Source: Trichodelitschia bisporula (lineage: Eukaryota). Taken from it: a stretch of DNA of 64,000 nt. Position 1 is the first letter of the stretch. Each line of letters starts with the position of its first letter. Both the position numbers and the translations under genes were made by a program. Shown piece by piece: positions 56,492 to 64,000 of this stretch. The DNA lies in the NCBI GenBank assembly GCA_010356995.1, contig ML996687.1, positions 249,803 through 313,802 on the forward strand, given 5' to 3'. The notes under the pieces are model-generated. The model was not told where the DNA came from and made no database searches. It saw nothing but the letters and a program-made list of their open reading frames with translations.

Positions 56492-58297
56492 TGTATATCC
56501 CATCATGACGACCAACTCTGACGTCCTATGTCTCAAGGACATTCGCATGCGGCTATCATGAAGAGGACAGCTTCGACTTTTTGTCGCCTGCTGTAGGAAG
56601 GCTTCGCCCTGTAGGTCGGTGTTGATACTTGCGTTGGAGTCCTGATTTTGCCAGTCCATTACTGGTATTTCCTTTGTTTCTGCTTATGAATTTCGGTGGG
56701 CCGGAACGGGGTGTTGTATCTCTCGTTTGGTGGGAGGGAAACGGGATTTGGTTGGGGAGGGGCGGATGGATGAATCAACCACGAAAAGCCCGGCGGCGTT
56801 TGCGTTTTTCGAGTGATGAATCCAGGAATGGAACGGGTGTCTCGTTTTCATTTACTCTTTTGTGTCGCAATCTGTGGATGGTCTTTCGATCTGATATGCA
56901 TTTTGTGTTCTGGCTCCAGTACGGAAGGTGGAGGATCCGCTGGTAGGAGGCATGGTTTGCCTAGCAGGCTTTGCTCTTCCTTTGCGTTGAGTTATGCCAT
57001 TCCTTTTGTTTCTCGATTGGTCTCAGGTGGTCTTACTTGGAGGGGAAATGTTGCGGGTCGAGGTCCGAAGGGTTGATGAATTCGCAGAGTCATCCCACTG
57101 CTGCTTTAAGAAATAGCTAGGAAGCGGTCAAATGACCAGGCTTCTACAGTAATCTCTTTACTTAAACGGCTCTTCATCTGTCAATAGGCATTCCACGGTG
57201 CGTCCATGCGAAAGCAGTTCTCTCATGTGGAACCGCGTTTGTCGTCATGGCTTGGCAATCTTGACATCGACTTTGCCTCGCATCTCACGCTTCAACTCCA
57301 GGCATCAAACCATCATGTCTCATGTCTGCATCCTCGAGCGCGGCTGAAAGTTATAAGCTGAAAGATGAGCTGTTGCATTCTTTTCCTTCATGTTAGTGTT
57401 GGCATCCGATGGATGTTGACGAGCAGCGCAATGGCGCCAACCACTGGTGAACTCATCAACTTCTCATGCACGAATGGCACTGGAATTGCATGAGGCCTAC
57501 TGCGCTAGGTTTGGGGAGAATTGTCCACAGATATTGACACTGTGGTTTGATCTAGCAGTTCCAAGTTTGCGATGCTGGCAGGGAAATCTACAAACGCGGA
57601 GCACTGTCTCGTGGATGAGTTCGTTGACTACAGGAGAGCCCACGCATCTTCAAACAGAGTCACGCGCTTCTCGGCTTCCACTCTTACCCCTCAATTGAGG
57701 ACATACTGAAGGCCGACAAGCAACTTGTGTTGATGCTTCGGCTGACGTGGCTCACGCATCCGGCCATGTTTACAGACGTCAGATTCGTTGAAATCCCTTC
57801 CTCTGTCCCATCATCACGCAGAGCAGACCATTGGGGATCTGTGCAAGGAGTACGAGGGAGTGTCGACGGACGTCAGGAAGAAGATCGTGAGAATTCACGT
57901 TTGGCTGGACTCCATGTGAGCCACAATCCCGCCGATGAAAATGCTAAGGAAAATGAAGCACCGAACGATCATCGCCCACCGGTTGTACATCATAGCGGTG
58001 TTCAACATCAAGATGAACATGCTTAAGACTGTCCTCCGCACTCTTCCAGCCGACAATTCGAGGAGTTGGGGCTGCACGACGCGGGAAGGATTAAAGACGC
58101 GATGTCTGTTTCACAAGGACGGATATATCATGAATCCATGAATTACGCTGAAATCAACGAGCTAATAAAGACCGACCATGACCACATGCGCCTACTACCT
58201 AACGCCCAGCCTCGAGAAGTGAGTTCATCCCACCATATGTACCTAGAATTGCCACCTTCTAAACAGCCAATGCCTCAAACATTCCAATCGCACCATA

Positions 58298-59193
58298 TCA
58301 CTCACTGTACAGCATGTCCGTCTTAACCGCCGCACTATCCGTCCTCCCCATCCGCTGCGCACTGGTCCTCCCCCACTTCCTCGCATCAGTCACCATGTCC
58401 ATAGACACTCCCTCCTTGCCAGGCACGGTACAAGCACTCAACCCCGTCGGAGCCATCTGAATATAAATCGCCTCCCAGCTGTGGGCCGGCACATCATACG
58501 CCTCATGGTAAATACCAAGGTGAGGATACTGCTTCCCATTCTTATTCCACCAGCCCCAGCCCTTGCGATGCACTTCGCTATGCGCAAACGCATGCAGCGA
58601 CTCCATGTCCTTGAAGTACCCGATGATCCCGACCTGCGCGTTCTCGTCCCCCGAGTTCGGCGCGCCCGTGAAGTTGGTGCCGCCGAGGTAGCCCAGCTCG
58701 GCGCTGCGGGTGTTCAGATCGCGCATCATTTCGCCCATGAAGGCGCCGAGCTCTTTGACGCCCGGGGCGAAGACGCCGAGCGGGTGGCTCGACTTGGCGC
58801 CGAGGATGAGCACCGTCACGTTGCGGCTCGCGCCGATGACTGCGCCCGAGGCATCGCGGTCCTGGAAGGAGGCGGCGAAGCGGTGGGGGATGGCGGCGTC
58901 GAGTTCGGGATTGCGGAGGTGCTTGGTTGCGATGAGGTGGTTTTTGAGCAGGCGCCCGCCGAGGAGGATGAGGAAGAGGAAGGCGGAGAGGCGTGGGGTG
59001 AGGAGTGTGCTTAGGAGGAGGTGCAGGCAGCCGCCGAGGAGCATCCAGGTGGTTGTTCGGGCTTGGCTGCGGAAGACCTGCGGAGGGTTAGGGGATATTA
59101 TTCTCGTGGGGAAGAGTAGAGGCATACATGGGAGTCGAGGAGTTTATAGATGAACTTGGGGGCCCGAGTGAGCTTGCGCAAGTTCGGGGCCAT
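58298..59193 (-). CDS. DUF4188-type monooxygenase-like protein with N-terminal TM helices; intron 59078-59127
   Basis: LILGAKSSHPLGVFAPG, GYLGG, YFKDMESLHAFAH..HRKGWGWW, HLGIYHEAYDVP..WEAIY. Confidence 0.82.
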
Positions 59194-59920
59194 GATGGGT
59201 GGATTGGATAGAAGATTGATGGATAATCGGTGAAGTTGCTCTGTTCACTGGAGTTCAAACAGGATATGTTGAGGGGCTTTTATAGATTGATATGATATAG
59301 GCAGCAGACAAACGGGGGGACGGTGGCTATCTGTATATCAGATCCAGCCATCCTGCAGATGAACCCCAACGACCAGCCACACGGAGCCGCTTAGCTATTC
59401 ATGCATCAGCCAGCTCGCTCGGGGGATCCTCCAGGGCTTTACGAGGCTGCGTTGTGGCCGTAGGCTGCAGGACGCGGGGGTGGAATCCCTCCGGTTGTGA
59501 GTATTTTGTGTCCCGTACAGAGAGGCTTCCGTCACGTAGCTCCGCGTGTTCACTTGCAGCCGTTCTCACTTCTACGCCCCTTGGAGCATATCGTGTCCCT
59601 AATGCAAAAGAGCATATCCCTCCTCTACGTCAGTGCCAGGCACAAGCCCGCCGCTTTTAGACCGGGAGATGCACAATTCTATTGTGCTTCTCCGCGCGAT
59701 GAAGTTAAAAACCTGCGAGCATGACATGGACAACTGTAGCATTCACCTCCAATTGCCCCCAGAACAAAGATTATGTCCTGTCTGAAAGCGGCCAAAGGCG
59801 AAACATAACCTGATACCATTACCCCCATCCGCTAGCGCCGACGTCAAAACAGCATTCCCGCGGACTTCCATCACCGCAACATCCCACATCCACTCTCTCT
59901 GATTACCACACAGCTCAATC

Positions 59921-60656
59921 ATGGCAGAGGCTGTCATCGTAGGAGGCACCGGCCTCGTGGTGTGTATTCCTTATCCCTCAAGCTTGATCCCTGTAGAACT
60001 AACTTCTCCAACAGGGCTCTCGGATCGTCGCCGCACTGCTCTCCTCCTCTACCTTCAACTGTGTACATGCCTTCACACGTCGTCCCCTCCCCGTCTCCTC
60101 GCCCAAGCTCTCAAACATAGACAACCTGGACCCCGTATCCTGGCCCTCTGGCTTCCCCTCCCTGTCCGGGCAGCTAGCCTTCTTCTCCGGCTTGGGCACC
60201 ACACGTGCCGCAGCCGGCGGCTTCGCAAACCAGCGCAAGATCGACTATGAACTGAACCTGGAGCTGGCAAAGGCGGCAAAGGCAGCGGGTATACAGACAT
60301 ACGTGCTCATTTCGAGCGCCGGCTCCAGCTCCAAGAGCCTTACGGGCTACGCGAAGATGAAGGGGGAGCTAGAGGATGCGGTTAAGGAGCTGGGGTTTGA
60401 GCATTGCGTTATCCTGCAGCCTGGCCTGCTGATGGGCAAGAGGGATGAAATGCGTATCCCCGAGCTGATAGCTCAGAAGGCGGCGGATTTTATCGGGATG
60501 TTTGGGAAGGGCTGGGTGGAGAGCTGGGCGCAGGATGTCGGGGTTATTGGGAGGGCGGCGGTGAGGGCAGCGGAGGCTTGTGTCAAGGGTGAGAAGGAGA
60601 AGGGGGTGTGGGTGGTTGGGATCACGGAGATCAATAAACTGGGGAAAGAGGAGTAG
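59921..60656 (+). CDS. FMP52: Fmp52/TIP30-like NAD(P)-binding Rossmann protein; intron 59960-60014
   Basis: IVGGTGLV|GS, LGTTRAAAGGFANQRKIDYELN, YAKMKGELE, ILQPGLLMG. Confidence 0.88.
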
Positions 60657-61100
60657 GAATGGGATTGCTTGGCAGCTGGGGGAAGAGGTGAGGGGGTGAG
60701 GATGAGGTGATGCGTCCGAGTCTGGCAGTGCACATAATGAGGAACCGTACATATGGGACTGAACTCAACTGGATTGAGACAATGGAGACTTCTCTTTTTG
60801 CTTCTGCTTCTCGCTTCCGTGTTTCTCAAGAGCTCCCCCCATCATCACATGTATGCAGGGTATTTCCGAATGCGGTTAGATGCTGCTATGCATCACGTTC
60901 GGCGGCATCCGATCGAGTGTCTGTGCTCAAAGACTCGTGGAACGACATCAAATTAATATGTTTTGAAGGCAAACGTTCAGTCTCTTGAGCATATCCTTCC
61001 TCAATGAATCACCAAAGCCGTTATTACCGGCTTTGAAGCTTTCAGGCTCCCAGGCCCCTCTAACCAGTCAGTAGTCGGCTAAAAAGCAGGGTCAGCAGGG

Positions 61101-61257
61101 TCGGGGAACCCCGCGCGGGGCATCGTCTCGACTATCGGCGAACTCCTCACAAGCTTATGCGGAAAAGACGTGGTGGCCGGGGGTGATAAGCGCGGTGTGT
61201 GTTTGCTTCTTCTAATGCTACTAGATTTCGCTCTTCCTCTCTTAAGCTCCTTTATCG
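61101..61257 (+). promoter_or_regulatory. Candidate UaY-type site TCGG-N6-CCGC (61101-61114) with GATA boxes at 61132, 61184 and 61252
   Basis: The motifs are read directly, 200-350 nt upstream of the XDH ATG, and resemble the known UaY (TCGG-N6-CCGA) and AreA (HGATAR) sites. Confidence 0.55.
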
Positions 61258-61456
61258 CCTGTAATTGATCAAGATTCGTTCCTTCCCAAGCGCAGATCGT
61301 GTCCAATATTGCCGTCTCGCCCCCCCTTGTACAGGTTTGCCATTCACCCGTGTGCTACATAAACCAGACGCCACCCCGCTTGCGCCCAAGCTCTCCCGTC
61401 TGGTTTTGCTTGCGAGAGAGTAATCGGTGAAGCTTACATCGCCACTTCATGCTGTA

Positions 61457-64000
61457 ATGGCTCCTGGAGTTCTCGTCGAGCCCGCTGTAGCATCGGAATC
61501 GAGTCGGTCACTCGCCACCGTAACCGCTGACTACGATGACACTCTGCGCTTCTACCTCAATGGCACAAAGGTCGTGCTAGACTCGGCCGATCCTGAGGTC
61601 ACCTTGCTCGAATACCTGCGGGGCATTGGGTTGACGGGCACGAAGTTGGGATGCGCCGAGGGGGGTTGCGGCGCTTGCACTGTTGTACGTCTCAATTTCT
61701 CTCCCCGTCAGCACGGCACTGATCAGTCATTAGGTTGTGTCACAGTACAATCCGACCACGAGGAAGGTCTACCATGCCTCGGTAAATGCGTGTTTGGCGC
61801 CCCTCGTCAGCGTTGACGGCAAGCATGTCATCACTGTCGAGGGCATTGGCAGTGTGAAGCAGCCTCATCCGGCGCAGGAGCGCATCGCCAAAGCCAATGG
61901 CAGTCAGTGCGGATTTTGCACGCCTGGAATTGTGATGGTGGGTGTCTTCGCCGATTTTCGTACAGTTCGTCTAACTGTGGCGTAGAGCCTGTATGCTTTG
62001 CTCAGAAACAATCCCGAGCCGACGGAGCACGATGTCGAAGAAGCATTCGACGGCAACTTGTGCCGGTGTACTGGATACCGGCCGATCCTCGATGCTGCGC
62101 AGTCGTTCAGTGCCTCGAAGGGCTGTGGCAAGGCGACAGCAAATGGCGGCAGTGGATGTTGTATGGAAAAGGGGGAAGGCGGAGGTTGCTGTAAGAACAA
62201 GGCTGGCACCGAAGAAGAGCCCTTCATCAAATTTGAGCCACCAGAGTTCATCGCATACAACCCGGAGACCGAACTCATCTTCCCGCCCGCACTCCACAAG
62301 CACGAATTCAAGCCCCTAGCCTTCGGCAACAAGCGCAAGAAATGGTATCGACCAGTCACACTAGAACAACTTCTGGAAATCAAGAGCGTCTATCCGTCGG
62401 CCAAAATCATTGGCGGCAGCACTGAGACACAAATCGAAGTCAAGTTCAAGGCTATGCAGTACACTGTGTCCGTCTTCGTCGGAGATATCCCCGAGCTGCG
62501 ACAGTACTCGTTCGAGGACGAGTACCTCGAAGTCGGCGGCAATGTCGTTCTTACCGACCTCGAGCGCATCGCCACCAAGGCCATCGCCCACTACGGCGAG
62601 GCACGCGGCCAACCCTTCGCTGCGATGCTGAAACAACTGCGTTACTTCGCCGGCCGGCAAATCCGCAACGTGGGCACGCCGGCGGGCAACTTGGCCACTG
62701 CATCGCCCATCTCGGATTTGAACCCGGTGTTCATGGCCACGAATTCGGTCCTCATCGGCAAGTCTGCGGAGACGACGACGGAGCTTCCAATGAGCGAGTT
62801 TTTCAAGGGATATCGTACTACGGCTTTGCCGCCGGATGCGATCATTGCGAGTATCCGTGTGCCAACCGCGAAGCCAGAGCGCGAGTATATCCGCGCGTAC
62901 AAGCAGGCGAAGAGGAAGGACGATGATATTGCCATCGTCAACGCGGCGCTTCGGGTGCGCCTCAGCGAAAATAACGCTGTCGAAGACTGCAGCCTCATCT
63001 TCGGCGGCATGGCGCCCGTTACCATTGCTGCGAAGAAGGCCACCGAATTCCTGGTTGGAAAGCCCTGGGCTGACCTTGGTACGCTGGAAGGCGTGATGAA
63101 TGCGCTGGAGCAGGACTTTGATCTCCGCTTCGGTGTCCCTGGAGGAATGGCGACCTACCGCAAGTCGCTTGCGCTGGGCTTCTTCTACAAGTTCTACCAC
63201 GAGGTGCTTTCCTTGCTCGCTGGCGCTGAAGCTGAAGTCGACACTGAGGCTATCGGCGAGATCGAGCGCGGTATATCGAAGGGGAAGAAGGACCACGCGG
63301 TCGCGAAAGAATACGAGCAGAAAATTTTGGGCAAGGAACGCAATCATGTTGCTGCCATGAAGCAGTGCACCGGCGAGGCACAGTACACGGACGACATCCC
63401 GCCGCAACGGAACGAGCTGTACGGCTGCTTGGTGCTGTCGACGAAGGCGCATGCCAGGCTTCTGTCTGTGGATCCGTCAGCTGCGCTCGAGCTCCCGGGC
63501 GTGGCGGACTGGGTTGATCATCGCGATTTACCGAACCCGGAGGCCAACTGGTGGGGCGCGCCGCGGTGTGACGAAGTCTTCTTCGCGGTCGATGAGGTGT
63601 ACACAGCTGGACAGCCCATTGGTATCATTTTGGCGGACTCGGCGAAGCAAGCTGAGATCGCGGCGCGGGCCGTCAAGGTCGAGTATGAGGATCTACCGGC
63701 GATTTTTACGATTGAGGAGGCGATCGAGAAGGACAGCTTCTTTGACCATTTTCGGTACATCATTAGGGGAGATACGGAAAAGGGGTTCGCGGAGGCGGAT
63801 CATGTGTTCACAGGCGTGACGAGGATGGGTGGTCAGGAGCATTTCTACCTCGAGACGAATGCGTGCGTCGTGGTTCCGAAGCCGGAGGACGGTGAGATCG
63901 AGGTTTTCAGCAGCACTCAGAACCCAGCTGAGACGTAAGTTTTCCCGGTATCTTGAGATCAAGGCTGACACCTCTAGGCAATCGTACGTCGCGCAGGTCT
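61457..64000 (+). CDS. hxA: Xanthine dehydrogenase, 3' end outside the window; introns 61685-61733, 61938-61985, 63935-63977
   Basis: 2Fe-2S motifs [24 protein letters not shown] and [12 protein letters not shown] domain [25 protein letters not shown]; Moco domain start [10 protein letters not shown]. Confidence 0.97.

Noticed and set aside
8010..60656. Cryptic PTS1 via stop-codon readthrough (TGA-CTA)
   Set aside because: The stop contexts checked (PXA2, NRK1, DUF4188, FMP52, YWTD) lack TGA-CTA. The SKL at the PXA2 N-terminus is not C-terminal.

Overview
Gene-dense genomic DNA from a filamentous ascomycete (Pezizomycotina). The assignment rests on short (about 45-55 nt) GT-AG/GC-AG introns with CTRAC-type branch points and on the gene content. 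About 22 protein-coding genes are supported. These include 5'-truncated TOM1, PXA2, a GAS2-domain protein, an SGNH hydrolase, a Rox1/Rfg1-like HMG-box factor, KRE6/SKN1, a NuiA-like protein, HIT1, COX11, APP1, APS3, frataxin, DPH3, a secreted YWTD propeller, NRK1, a PTH11-like receptor, EAF3, SSN6/CYC8, a DUF4188 monooxygenase, FMP52 and 3'-truncated xanthine dehydrogenase. I saw no tRNA, rRNA, CRISPR array or intact transposon. The most interesting candidate is a fungal homologue of the cyanobacterial nuclease inhibitor NuiA that has an in-frame mitochondrial-presequence-like extension, making it a possible dual-targeted Nuc1/EndoG inhibitor. Other observations are a KRE6 gene with two GC-AG introns plus a 5'UTR intron and a uORF, several stop-free 3n introns, an orphan with a duplicated HxxxCxCxxC motif, and a C-to-G skew running 5' to 3' along coding strands. 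All exon structures and family calls were made by eye from remembered motifs; no searches were run.
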